Origin: an uncultured delta proteobacterium
GTDB taxonomy: Bacteria; Desulfobacterota; Desulfobacteria; Desulfobacterales; Desulfosalsimonadaceae
Assembly: GCA_963826785.1 (NCBI GenBank)
Contig: CAWGYD010000001.1
Coordinates: 32,001-96,000, forward strand
Reading direction: 5' to 3'
Length of the DNA: 64,000 nucleotides
Positions 42,478 through 52,325 of the stretch are shown here, in pieces (the first letter of the stretch is position 1; each line of letters starts with the position of its first letter). The notes under the pieces are model-generated. The model saw only the letters and a list, made by a program, of their open reading frames with translations. It had not been told where the DNA came from and made no database searches. Both the position numbers and the translations under genes were made by a program.

Positions 42478-43827
42478 TTACACGCCGGTAATCCGGATTA
42501 ATATATCATAATACTTGAGCACGCGCTCGACGAACCGGACGGCTTCTGTTCCTCTGGCATAACCGTAGCGGGTGTTTTCGTGATATTGGGGATAGACCAG
42601 AAGCGGCAGAATCTGCTCCATGGAACGCCATTTGCGCGGATTCAGACCTTTTTCCCGGGCAATGGACTGGGCGTCGCGGATGTGGCCGTACCCCACGTTA
42701 TAGCTGCCCAGCGCAAATTTGATCCGCTCATTCTCATCGATCCGGGGAAAACGATCATAAAGGGATTTAAGGTATTTGACCCCGCCCCGGATGCTCTGGA
42801 AGGGATCGAGGCGGTTTTCGATCTGCATTTCCACGGCGGTGGGAAGGGTCAGCTGCATGAGGCCGCAGACACCGGTATAACTGACGGCCAGGGGATCGAA
42901 CTCGGATTCCTGGTAGATGACCGCTGCGATCAGGCGCCAGTCCAGATCGTACATATCGGCAGTCTCGATGATAGCGGGCTTATATTCGGGAAGCCGGGTA
43001 TCCAGGCGGATGTGAAATTTTTTGATGTTGACATAGTCGAACTGGTCACGACCGGCGTAATACCGGTTGTAAATATCATCATAGACCCCGTTTTTTTTTA
43101 TGGTTTTAAAGAACCGGTTGATTTTTCGACGAAGGGCGTCGTCTTCCTTGCGCACCGCCCAGGCGATTTCCTGTTCACCGCTGATGGTGCAGGCGATTTT
43201 GATGTCCGGATAATACCGGCGGTTTAAACGGACGATGTTGGAGTCTGCTGCGGTGATATCGATTTCATGGTCCTGGATGCGCCGCAAAAATTCCTCGGTG
43301 GGGACATTATCGTAGAGGACCAGTTTAAGGTCGATGCCTTCGTCGATTAACTTCAGGAGCCGTTCATGGTAAGAGGTGTGTTTGCGGATGTGGATGGTCT
43401 TGCCGTTTAGATCCGAAATCTTCGTAATATCGGAATTTCCTTTTCGAACGACAATGTGCTGGCGTACGGACATATACGGAATGGAAAAAGAGACCCGATC
43501 CATCCGGTTCGGGGTACGGGTGAGGCTCGATGCGATGAGGTCGCCTTCATGATTGACGAGTGCATCCATGATTTTCCCCCATCCCGGTGTGACCACCTCG
43601 AGATCGACCGCAAGGTCATCCGCAAACTCCCGGGCCAGGTCGTATTCGAACCCCATGGGGGCGCTCCGGTAGAGATAGTATCCGTGGGAGCTGTTGTCGG
43701 TAATGATGGTGAGCTTTTTATGCCGCTTGATCCGGCGCAGGCTGTCATCGGTGAAATGACAGAATACGGCCGCCAGTATGCACGCGGCCAGCATCGCAAG
43801 CTTGATTTTCAGATGTTTGTGTTTCAA
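42478..43827 (-). CDS. mltF: Membrane-bound lytic murein transglycosylase F
   Basis: SBP-like N-domain (GFEYDLA), SLT domain DWRLIAAVIYQES, GLMQL, SYNVGYGH..DA, YGYARGTE. Confidence 0.93.
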   Translation of the reverse strand: MKHKHLKIKLAMLAACILAAVFCHFTDDSLRRIKRHKKLTIITDNSSHGYYLYRSAPMGFEYDLAREFADDLAVDLEVVTPGWGKIMDALVNHEGDLIASSLTRTPNRMDRVSFSIPYMSVRQHIVVRKGNSDITKISDLNGKTIHIRKHTSYHERLLKLIDEGIDLKLVLYDNVPTEEFLRRIQDHEIDITAADSNIVRLNRRYYPDIKIACTISGEQEIAWAVRKEDDALRRKINRFFKTIKKNGVYDDIYNRYYAGRDQFDYVNIKKFHIRLDTRLPEYKPAIIETADMYDLDWRLIAAVIYQESEFDPLAVSYTGVCGLMQLTLPTAVEMQIENRLDPFQSIRGGVKYLKSLYDRFPRIDENERIKFALGSYNVGYGHIRDAQSIAREKGLNPRKWRSMEQILPLLVYPQYHENTRYGYARGTEAVRFVERVLKYYDILIRITGV

Positions 43828-44219
43828 ATAAAAAAAGCCGGATTTTTTTGATTCCGTTTACATTCAAATCATCATCGTGCCGGCAAGAAAAGGGTGGCTC
43901 GAAATGGGGCGGCCCATGTCGGGGCACGAATACCTTTGACTGCGAACTGGAATGAGAAACTAAGCGAAAATAGACGGATATGATGTCAGAAGTCAAGAGC
44001 GACGTTCAGGCACAAGTTGGTGTCGGTCATCCCCCGCCGGTATATCAGCCGGGGCCAAAAGTATCGGTCCGGGCAAAAGGCCGATCCACGGTTTTTTGGC
44101 CTTGACAATCATCAGGATTAATACTGTAACTCAACTTTTCATCTTTATATTAGCGGCCCCGTATTGCATAATGCCGGAAAAGAAGAGCGCCATTCCATTT
44201 TGATTTAAAGGATTTTAAT

Positions 44220-44741
44220 ATGATACCGATGATTTCCGTAATCGGTTATTCCGATTCCGGCAAGACCACGCTGATCGAAAAGCTGGTGCCCGCCCTCAAA
44301 AAGATGGGCTTTCGGGTGGGGGCCATCAAGCACTCCGTTCACCAGTCCCGGTTTGATGTGAAGGGAAAGGACAGCTGGCGTTTCTATGAGGCCGGTGCAG
44401 ATGCGGTGGTGGTTTCTTCAGCTGATAATATTGCGGTTTTTAAACGAAAAGAGGAAAACAGCGGCGAGAAATATTCTGAACTTCCTGAATTGATGACGTA
44501 TTTCAATGACATGGATATCGTCATCGCGGAAGGCTACAAGAAGGGAAATCATCCTAAAATCGAGGTATACCGCTCGGGCGACAATGCCCCCATCTGTGAA
44601 AAGGATGGCCGGGTATTCGTACTGGTATCCGATTTGCCCGTAAAGACCGACATCCCCGTGTATGGCGCCGATGAAGTCGAAAAACTGGCGGAACTGATCA
44701 AAGACAGATTTCTCAACAATCGCGGTTTGCTCGCTGAGTGA
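44220..44741 (+). CDS. mobB: Molybdopterin-guanine dinucleotide biosynthesis protein B
   Basis: GYSDSGKTTLIEKL, IKH, GKDSWRF..AGA, EGYK..PKIEV. Confidence 0.93.
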   Translation: MIPMISVIGYSDSGKTTLIEKLVPALKKMGFRVGAIKHSVHQSRFDVKGKDSWRFYEAGADAVVVSSADNIAVFKRKEENSGEKYSELPELMTYFNDMDIVIAEGYKKGNHPKIEVYRSGDNAPICEKDGRVFVLVSDLPVKTDIPVYGADEVEKLAELIKDRFLNNRGLLAE

Positions 44742-44760
44742 AAAAACGTTTACGACGGCC

Positions 44761-44813
44761 AAGCGATTTTGAAACCGGAAAGAGCAGTGCGTTTTCCGGT
44801 TTCAAAATCGCTT
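44761..44813. terminator. Perfect 21-bp inverted repeat between convergent mobB and metK
   Basis: AAGCGATTTTGAAACCGGAAA / TTTCCGGTTTCAAAATCGCTT. Confidence 0.65.
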
Positions 44814-44966
44814 ATCTGGCCAAAGAATCATTCAATGATATCGGTTGAGGCAATCAGAATCAAATAGCAGATATTCGACGCCGGCATCAATTTGCCAGGG
44901 GGTTCCCGCGTTTCCCGGCACGTATTTTACAGATTCCATTTTGCCGGCATCGGATCATAACCTGAT

Positions 44967-46136
44967 TTAAAGTCCGGCCAGTGCCCGGATTTCATCTGCC
45001 CTGTTGGTCTTCTCCCAGGTAAAATCGGGGTCTTTCCGGCCGAAGTGACCGTATGCCGACGTCTTGCGGTAGATGGGGCGCAAAAGGTCCAGGTATTCGA
45101 TAATGGCCGCGGGCCGCAGGTCGAAAATCTCCCGGACGATTTCCCTGGCCTTGTATTCGGGGATATTGCCGGTGCCCAGAAAATCCACCAGGATGGAGAC
45201 CGGTTCGGCCACGCCGATGGCATAGGCCACCTGGACCTCGCATTTTCTGCCCAGCCCGGCGGCCACCAGGTTCTTGGCGATGTGCCGGCCCATGTAGGAT
45301 GCGCTCCGGTCCACCTTGGAGGGGTCTTTTCCCGAAAAGCAGCCGCCGCCATGGCTTCCCTGTCCGCCGTAGGTATCCACGATGATCTTCCGTCCGGTCA
45401 GCCCGCAGTCGCCCATGGGGCCGCCGATGACAAACCGTCCGGTGGGGTTGATGAAGTAGCGGGTGTCGCCGTCCACCATATCTTTGGGAATGGTTTTTTT
45501 GATCACCTCTTCAATAACGGCTTCCTTGACCTCGTCATAGGTGGCATCGGCCTTGTGCTGGGTGGAGACCACCACCGTGTCCACCCGCTTCGGAATGCCG
45601 TCGATGTACTCGATGGTGACCTGTGACTTGCCGTCGGGCCTCAGGAAATCCACCGAACCGTTTTTGCGGACCGTGGCCAGGCGCTTGGTCAGCTTGTGGG
45701 CAAAGGAGATGGGCATGGGCATGAGCTCCGGGGTCTCATCCGAGGCAAAGCCGAACATCAGCCCCTGGTCGCCGGCCCCCTGCTCCTTGAAGAGCCCCTG
45801 GCCCGTATCCACGCCCTGGGCGATATCCGGGGACTGCTGGCCGATGCTGGTAAGCACCGAGCAGGTCTGCCAGTCGAATCCCATCCGGGAAGAATTATAG
45901 CCGATATCCCGGATGGTATTTCGCACCACCTGGGGGATGTCCACGTAGCATTCTGTGGTGATTTCGCCGGAAACGAAGGCCAGTCCGGTGGTCACCAGGG
46001 TTTCGCATGCGACCCGGGCATGTTTGTCCTGTTCGATAATGGCATCCAGAACCGAATCGGAAATGGCGTCGGCAACCTTGTCCGGATGCCCTTCGGTTAC
46101 GGATTCAGAGGTAAAAAGGACGCTGTTCTGTGTCAT
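44967..46136 (-). CDS. metK: S-adenosylmethionine synthetase
   Basis: [49 protein letters not shown]. Confidence 0.98.
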   Translation of the reverse strand: MTQNSVLFTSESVTEGHPDKVADAISDSVLDAIIEQDKHARVACETLVTTGLAFVSGEITTECYVDIPQVVRNTIRDIGYNSSRMGFDWQTCSVLTSIGQQSPDIAQGVDTGQGLFKEQGAGDQGLMFGFASDETPELMPMPISFAHKLTKRLATVRKNGSVDFLRPDGKSQVTIEYIDGIPKRVDTVVVSTQHKADATYDEVKEAVIEEVIKKTIPKDMVDGDTRYFINPTGRFVIGGPMGDCGLTGRKIIVDTYGGQGSHGGGCFSGKDPSKVDRSASYMGRHIAKNLVAAGLGRKCEVQVAYAIGVAEPVSILVDFLGTGNIPEYKAREIVREIFDLRPAAIIEYLDLLRPIYRKTSAYGHFGRKDPDFTWEKTNRADEIRALAGL

Positions 46137-46286
46137 ACATCACTCCTTTACGATTGGTTGTTAACGGGACAATTCCTCAACCAGGCATCGCTCCCTCGAA
46201 GGGGCTACGTTCCGGCTGTTACCCCGTGCACATGCCCGTGAACGTACACGTGTACGAATTTTCAAGCATTAAAAAGCAAAATGTCT

Positions 46287-47141
46287 TCAGCCTTTTTCCG
46301 GCTCCAGCACCATATTGTCGATGAGCCGCACGCTGCCCACCTTGACCGCTAAAGCCATCAGCACCGGTCCGGCGACGGTATCCACATTTTCCAGGGTGGA
46401 AGGGTCACAAACGGCGATGTAGTCGACGGTCGTTTCAGGGTGGGCGCCGATGATCTGTTCTGCCGCATGAATCAGGCGCCCGGCGTCGGTTTCCCCCCGG
46501 CGCACCTCGTCCCGGCAATGGTTCAGGGATTGAATCAGCAGCAGGGCGGGCTCCCGCTGGTGAGGCGCCAGGCGGACATTTCTGGAACTCATGGCCAGTC
46601 CGTCGGGTTCCCGGAAAGTCGGCTGGCCGATGATCTCGATGTCGAAATCAAGGTCCTTGACCATCCGCCGGATCACCGCCAGCTGCTGGAAATCTTTTTC
46701 CCCGAACACCGCCGCATGCGGGTTCACAATATGAAAGAGCTTGGCCACGATGGTGGTCACGCCCCGGAAATGGCCGGGCCGGGACAGTCCGCACAGGTGC
46801 TCCGGCAGGTTTTCCTGCACCACGTACGTTTCGAACCCGGCCGGGTACAGCGATCGGGCATCGGGGGCAAACAGCACGTCCGCGCCTGCGTTTTCGGCCA
46901 GAGAACGATCCCGGTCCATATCCCGGGGATAGGCCGCCAGGTCTTCTCCCGGCCCGAACTGCGTGGGATTTACGAACAGACTGACCACCAGATTATCGCA
47001 GACCTGCCGGGCTTTATGCATCAGGGAAAGGTGCCCTTCGTGGAAGTAGCCCATGGTAGGCACCAGGGCGATGCGGTTGTCCGCCCCTCTCATCCGTCCG
47101 GACCAGTTTTTCATTTCTTTTATGGATTGAATGACCTCGAT
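46287..47141 (-). CDS. panC: Pantoate-beta-alanine ligase (apparent ATC start)
   Basis: LVPTMGYFHEGH, FVNPTQF, RPGHFRGV, FGEKDFQQ, GLAMSSRN, RLIDN; in-frame extension (ATC)EVIQSIKEM behind an AGGAGG RBS. Confidence 0.95.
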   Translation of the reverse strand: MEVIQSIKEMKNWSGRMRGADNRIALVPTMGYFHEGHLSLMHKARQVCDNLVVSLFVNPTQFGPGEDLAAYPRDMDRDRSLAENAGADVLFAPDARSLYPAGFETYVVQENLPEHLCGLSRPGHFRGVTTIVAKLFHIVNPHAAVFGEKDFQQLAVIRRMVKDLDFDIEIIGQPTFREPDGLAMSSRNVRLAPHQREPALLLIQSLNHCRDEVRRGETDAGRLIHAAEQIIGAHPETTVDYIAVCDPSTLENVDTVAGPVLMALAVKVGSVRLIDNMVLEPEKG

Positions 47142-47154
47142 GTGAGCGGTCCTC

Positions 47155-48483
47155 CTATTCGAAAAGTGCGTTCATCACCTGGCCGGTGATAACCTTGGGA
47201 TAATAAAACGTGGTTTTCCGGGGCATGGTCAGCCCGGCTTCGGCGATCTTCCGGACCTGGTCGTTTGTGGGCGGATTCAGGATAAACGCCACGTCATGCG
47301 TTCCCGAGGCGATGGCCGCCGCCGCATGCCGCACGTTGCTGGTAAACGCCATCTTTTCCGGATCATCGAGATCCTCCGGCGCCATGTTCATGATTTTCAT
47401 GAGCACCAGCCGGGTCAGCACCGTCACGTCGAGCTGAAGAAGCGGTGAGGGGATCTGGCCGGCAAATATTTTTTCCATGATACCGGGTTTAAGGGTCATC
47501 ATGGCGCATTTGGGCTGATGTTTCATCAGCAGGCCGATGCGGTGCACCCCGTTTTCAGCCGCCATTGCCGACTGGAGGCAGTTCAGGGCCGTTTTCGTTT
47601 GAGCGGGATCGACCGGCATTTCGGTGATATCAAAGTAATCCTGCGCAGCAATTCGAAACGCCTCTGACTGCTGTGCATCGATATCGGACAGCAGCCGGTG
47701 GGTCGGGAGAATGATCAGCCCCTGGTCCTGCACCGGGCACAGATACATCATGATGTAATTGGCCGGATGGTCGGCGGGCAGCTCCGGCGTCTGCTGTGCC
47801 AGCCAGTTCCGGTAATTGAGCGCGGTCTCGTAGCGGTGGTGGCCGTCGGCAATGTAGAGCCGCCGGTCGGCAAATCCATCGGCCACCGATTTTACCAGAT
47901 CCGGGTCGGTGATGCGCCACAGCCGATGGCGGTGGCCGGCATCATCGAAAAAATCCTGATCCGCCCCCTTTCCGGCGGCAAAATCCGTTAACGCGGCCAT
48001 GACCCGGTCCTTATCTGAAAAAATAGAAAATATGTGGCTGAAATTGGCCTGGCATGCCTTCATCAATTCCAGGCGTTCGGATTTCACCTTGGAAAATGTT
48101 TCTTCGTGGGGGAGCACCACCCCCTTGTCAAAGGGTTCCAGCCGGACCCGGGCGATCAGCCCGAAGCGGCTGACGGTTTTGCCTTCCAGTTCAAAATCGA
48201 TACGGGTGAGGTAATAGGCCGGGATCGGGTCCCGGATCAGAATCTTCTGGTCCAACCAGTCCCGGAAACATCCGGCCGCCCGGGTGTACGGATTGTCTGC
48301 ATCCGTATCGGCGGCGGTGGGCATGTTCTTGTCCAATCGGATGATATTATGGGGATGCCTCGTATAAAACGCCTCCTGCTCCTTTCCGGAGATGATGTCG
48401 TAGGGCGGAGTGGTCACTTCAGACAGATTTTCAATTTTCCCGGTGTCATAAAAAATTCCCTGAAACGGAAGAACAACAGCCAT
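47155..48483 (-). CDS. DUF1015 family protein
   Basis: PPYDII, VLPHEET, IADGHHRYETA, ILPTHR, MPRKTTFYYPK. Confidence 0.9.
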   Translation of the reverse strand: MAVVLPFQGIFYDTGKIENLSEVTTPPYDIISGKEQEAFYTRHPHNIIRLDKNMPTAADTDADNPYTRAAGCFRDWLDQKILIRDPIPAYYLTRIDFELEGKTVSRFGLIARVRLEPFDKGVVLPHEETFSKVKSERLELMKACQANFSHIFSIFSDKDRVMAALTDFAAGKGADQDFFDDAGHRHRLWRITDPDLVKSVADGFADRRLYIADGHHRYETALNYRNWLAQQTPELPADHPANYIMMYLCPVQDQGLIILPTHRLLSDIDAQQSEAFRIAAQDYFDITEMPVDPAQTKTALNCLQSAMAAENGVHRIGLLMKHQPKCAMMTLKPGIMEKIFAGQIPSPLLQLDVTVLTRLVLMKIMNMAPEDLDDPEKMAFTSNVRHAAAAIASGTHDVAFILNPPTNDQVRKIAEAGLTMPRKTTFYYPKVITGQVMNALFE

Positions 48484-49044
48484 AAATTCTATTTCCTTGT
48501 ATGCGGCGCGAATGATCGAACAGCCCCGGCGGCAGTGAAGCCCGGTCGAGTGGTTGAATTTGTTAAGCGAGAAATATTAATGAACTTTAATAAATTTGTC
48601 AACTTTATTCAAAAAAGTTGCCTAATCGCTATAATTTTTAGTGGGTTGTATGGACTTTGAGTGGGGGTTGACAAAACAATATTTTTATTATAATAATATC
48701 AAATCATTATATATTACTATAGAAACAAAATTTCAGGCATATAAAAAGTAATTCGTAAAAAAAAATTTGCCGAATTTAAGAACATCATTATTCTCTTAAA
48801 TAACCATTAAAAGGCCATTTAACATGAAATGGATTTTGCGGGGCCTATATTCAGATGATATATTAATGAAAATTAGATTGAAATAACGCACTGAAAAATA
48901 TCCCACTAGAAAATTTATAAAAATCATTTTAATCAAACACTTATATTGTATATAATTAATAGCATGATCTAATTCAATTTGTATTAATTTCTATGATTTA
49001 GATTTATGAGATCGTGCGCAAATGACGACAGGAGGAAAATTTTC
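48484..49044. promoter_or_regulatory. Very AT-rich divergent intergenic regulatory region
   Basis: Abrupt AT enrichment about 48560-49005; TTGACA at 48668 with TATAAT at 48689 (15-nt spacer, imperfect). Confidence 0.45.
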
Positions 49045-49881
49045 ATGCAGCAGAATACCTATTCAGAAACTGTCGAGGTTGCCCGGACCTATTACAACAG
49101 CTCGGATGCCCATAATTTCTATACCACCATATGGGGCGGGGAAGATCTTCACCTGGGCATCTATGAAAAGGCGGATGACGCCATTTTCGATGCCAGCCGC
49201 AGAACCATCGCCCACATGGCCTCCCGGTCCGCCTCGATGGGCAAAAAGATTCGCGTGATTGACCTGGGGGGCGGTTTTGCCGGATCGGCGCGGTACCTGG
49301 CCAAAAATTACGGGTGGGAAGTGGTGGTGCTGAACCTGAGCGAAACTGAAAATGAATGGGGTCGGCGGATGAACCGGGAGCAGGGGCTGGATCATCTCAT
49401 AGAGGTAGTGGACGGCAGCTTTGACGACATTCCCTTCCCGGATGGGTCTTTTGACATCGTCTGGTCCCAGGATGCCATCCTGCACAGCGAAAACCGCGGC
49501 CGGGTGATTGAGGAAGCCTACCGGGTGCTCAAGCCCGGCGGCGAGATGATCTTTTCCGATCCCATGCAGTCAGACGACTGCCCCGACGGGGTGCTGGACA
49601 AAATTTATCAGCGCATTCACCTCAAAAGCCTGGGATCTCCCGCCTTTTACATGGATCATGCCCGGAAGACCGGGTTTGGCCGTGTCGATTTTGAATCCCT
49701 GACGCCGCATCTCACCACCCATTATGACCGGATCCTGCAGGAAATGATTGCCCGCGCAGATGAACTGGAAAAGGTGGTCAGCCGCGAATACATCACCAAC
49801 ATGAAAGAGGGCCTCCGCCACTGGGTGGATGGCGGAAGCAAGGGATATCTGGCCTGGGGCGTATTCCATTTCACGAAATAG
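49045..49881 (+). CDS. SAM-dependent sarcosine/dimethylglycine N-methyltransferase-like protein
   Basis: YYNSSDAHNFYTTIWGGEDLHLGIY, DLGGGFAGSARYLA, WSQDAILHS, DPMQ, L.WG; AGGAGG RBS. Confidence 0.85.
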   Translation: MQQNTYSETVEVARTYYNSSDAHNFYTTIWGGEDLHLGIYEKADDAIFDASRRTIAHMASRSASMGKKIRVIDLGGGFAGSARYLAKNYGWEVVVLNLSETENEWGRRMNREQGLDHLIEVVDGSFDDIPFPDGSFDIVWSQDAILHSENRGRVIEEAYRVLKPGGEMIFSDPMQSDDCPDGVLDKIYQRIHLKSLGSPAFYMDHARKTGFGRVDFESLTPHLTTHYDRILQEMIARADELEKVVSREYITNMKEGLRHWVDGGSKGYLAWGVFHFTK

Positions 49882-49966
49882 CGCTGCGGCACAATCTTGT
49901 ACCTAATTTTCCGTTTTTGAACGGACGAATAATCTTACCAAAAACCAAAAGAGGAGGAATTTGAAC

Positions 49967-50605
49967 ATGGCAGTTGATTTGGGAAATATGGCGAATTTGC
50001 TGATCGCGGGTAAAGTGGACGATGTCAAGGCAATGACCGGGGAAGCGATTGATGCGGGCATGGCTCCGGAGGAAATCTTGCAAAAAGGCCTGATCGCCGG
50101 CATGGAAGTGGTGGGCCAGCGGTTCAAGGCCTGTGAGATGTTCATTCCCGAGGTGCTCCGCTCGGCAAAAGCGATGAGTTCGGGCATGGAGCAGCTGCGT
50201 CCCCTGCTGGTGGCCAGCGGCGCCAAGATGGCCGGGACCCTGGTGATCGGGACCGTCAAGGGCGACCTGCATGATATCGGTAAAAACCTGGTGGGAATGA
50301 TGTTCGAAGGCGCCGGGTTCAAGGTGGTCAACCTGGGCATCGACCTGGATTCACAGGTATTCGTGGATGCGGTCAAGGAGCACAAGCCCGAACTGCTGGG
50401 CATGTCCGCCCTGCTCACCACCACCATGCCCAAGATGGGCGAGGTGATCAACGCCCTGAAAGAAGCCGGTATCCGGGATGAAGTCAAGATCATGGTGGGC
50501 GGCGCACCGGTCACCGAGGAATTCGCCAGGGAAATCGGCGCCGATGTTTACGGCGCCAACGCCGCCAGCTCAGTGGACAAGGCCAAAGCGACGCTCGGGC
50601 TATAG
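49967..50605 (+). CDS. Corrinoid (B12-binding) methyl-carrier protein
   Basis: GLIAGME.VG.RF, GTVKGDLHDIGKNLV (DxHxxG), SALLTTT, MVGGAPV. Confidence 0.95.
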   Translation: MAVDLGNMANLLIAGKVDDVKAMTGEAIDAGMAPEEILQKGLIAGMEVVGQRFKACEMFIPEVLRSAKAMSSGMEQLRPLLVASGAKMAGTLVIGTVKGDLHDIGKNLVGMMFEGAGFKVVNLGIDLDSQVFVDAVKEHKPELLGMSALLTTTMPKMGEVINALKEAGIRDEVKIMVGGAPVTEEFAREIGADVYGANAASSVDKAKATLGL

Positions 50606-50623
50606 GCGCCTGATCACAGAGAA

Positions 50624-50705
50624 TCTCTCGCAAAGCGCGCAGGGGGCGGTCAGGAAATATTTTTTCAATTTCTTTCTTTGCGGTCCTTTGCGCCCTGGTG
50701 AGAGA
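50624..50705. repeat. Imperfect intergenic hairpin (REP-like)
   Basis: TCTCTCGCAAAGCGCGCAGGGG ... CCTTTGCGCCCTGGTGAGAGA. Confidence 0.5.
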
Positions 50706-50784
50706 ACTCGAATACCGGGTGAAAATAGAAACAGTCAGGTTTCCGGATGCTTTGCCGAAAACCTTCAATATACAGGAGATGCTC

Positions 50785-52270
50785 ATGCAATGGGAATGTA
50801 ATATGCCAAAAATGGAGATCATGAACCATACCGTCCAGGAGACGCCCAGTTACCGTGTCCTGACGGAGGATCAGATCGAACAGATATATTTCGCCGCACT
50901 TGAAGTGCTGGAGCGGGTCGGCTCCCGGGTGCACCAGGAAGAGGCACTGGAACTGTTCCGCAGCAGCGAGGCCGTTGTCGGCGACGACAAGCGGGTCCGG
51001 GTGCCGGTCTCCCTGGTGGAGCGGGCTTTAAAGACATATCCCCGGAAGATCACCCTCAAGGGGCGAAACGGCGTCCGGTCCATGGCCCTGCAGAAGGACC
51101 ATGTCTATTTCGGCACCGGCTCCGATTTGCCCTTTACCTATGACCGCAAGACCGGCGAACGCCGCCGAACCCTGTACAGCGACATTGTCAACGCGGCCCG
51201 GATCGTGGATGCGCTGCCCAATTACGATTTTTTCATGTCCCACGGCATCGTGGGCGATGCGCCCAATCCCCTGACCTATGACCGGCACCAGTTCATGGCC
51301 ATGCTGGAGGGGTGCACCAAACCGATGGTGCTCACCAGCGTGGACGGCGAAGGGCTTAAAGATCTGTGGAAAATGGCCTGCCTGGTGCAGGGGGGCGAGG
51401 CGGAATTTCGGTTAAATCCCATGTTCGTGGCCTACATCGAGCCGATCTCACCGCTGACAAATGACCGCACTGCGGTGGAAAAACTGTCTGTTTGCCGCGG
51501 AAAAGGGGATCCCGGCCATGTACACGCCGTGTCCGTCCTCCGGCGCCACCGCGCCGGCCACCATTGCGGGCATGCTGGTCCAGTCCCTGGCCGAAACCCT
51601 GCTGGCCGTGGCGCTGTGCTATCTCAAGAAACCGGGCATGCCGCTGGTCATGGGGGGCGTGACCACCGTCATGGACATGCGCACCACCACCTATTCCTAC
51701 GGCGCCCCGGAACTCTCCCTGGCCTCGGCCGCCAACACGGACATTTCCAAGTGGCTGGGACTGCCCATGTTCTCCACCGGCGGATGCACCGATGCCAAGG
51801 TGCTGGACGAGCAGGCCGCCATCGAGTGCACCATCAGCCTGCTCAATGCCTACATGTCCGGCGCCAACCTGGTCCATGACGTGGGATACATCGATTCGGG
51901 GGTAAACGCCTCTCTGGAGAGCCTGGTCATGAACGAGGAGATCATCCGCATGGTCCGACAGGTCGGAAAAGGGATCAAGACCGATGAGGCCCACATGGCC
52001 TTAAACATCATCGATGAAGTGGGCCCCGGCGGCGAATACGTCACCCACGACCATACCTATGAACACTGGAAGGAATGGTTCAAGCCGCAGCTCATCGACC
52101 GTTCGGATTGGGAAACCTGGAATGCGGAAGGGAAAAAAACCATGCTGGACCGGGTCAATGAGGAGACTGAAAAGCTGCTCAACACCTATCAGCCAAAGCC
52201 CCTGGATGAAAAACTGGCCCAGGAGGTTCGGGCGGTTGTTGAAGACGCGGACCGGCGGCATTCCCATTAA
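50785..52270 (+). CDS. Trimethylamine methyltransferase (MttB) superfamily protein 1, non-pyrrolysine; one frameshift near 51487
   Basis: EPISPL, GATAPATIAG, DMRT..YSYGAPE, TDAK..DEQ, GANLVHDVG, VGPGG; the two ORFs join by removing one T; start uncertain. Confidence 0.88.
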
Positions 52271-52325
52271 TTTCGTCTCCCCCAAAAGGTGCGGCGTAAA
52301 GATAGGTTAACAGGAGAATACAATT

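Noticed and set aside
43830..44100. c-di-GMP riboswitch or ncRNA between mltF and mobB
   Set aside because: GC hairpins with GAAA-like loops exist but do not match the GEMM consensus
46137..46286. SAM riboswitch upstream of metK
   Set aside because: No SAM-I core (AUC..GAG...GCAACC...GAU) or other SAM aptamer consensus recognisable by eye
48484..49044. Cobalamin or glycine riboswitch upstream of the corrinoid cluster
   Set aside because: Region is extremely AT-rich, with no B12-box or glycine aptamer motifs
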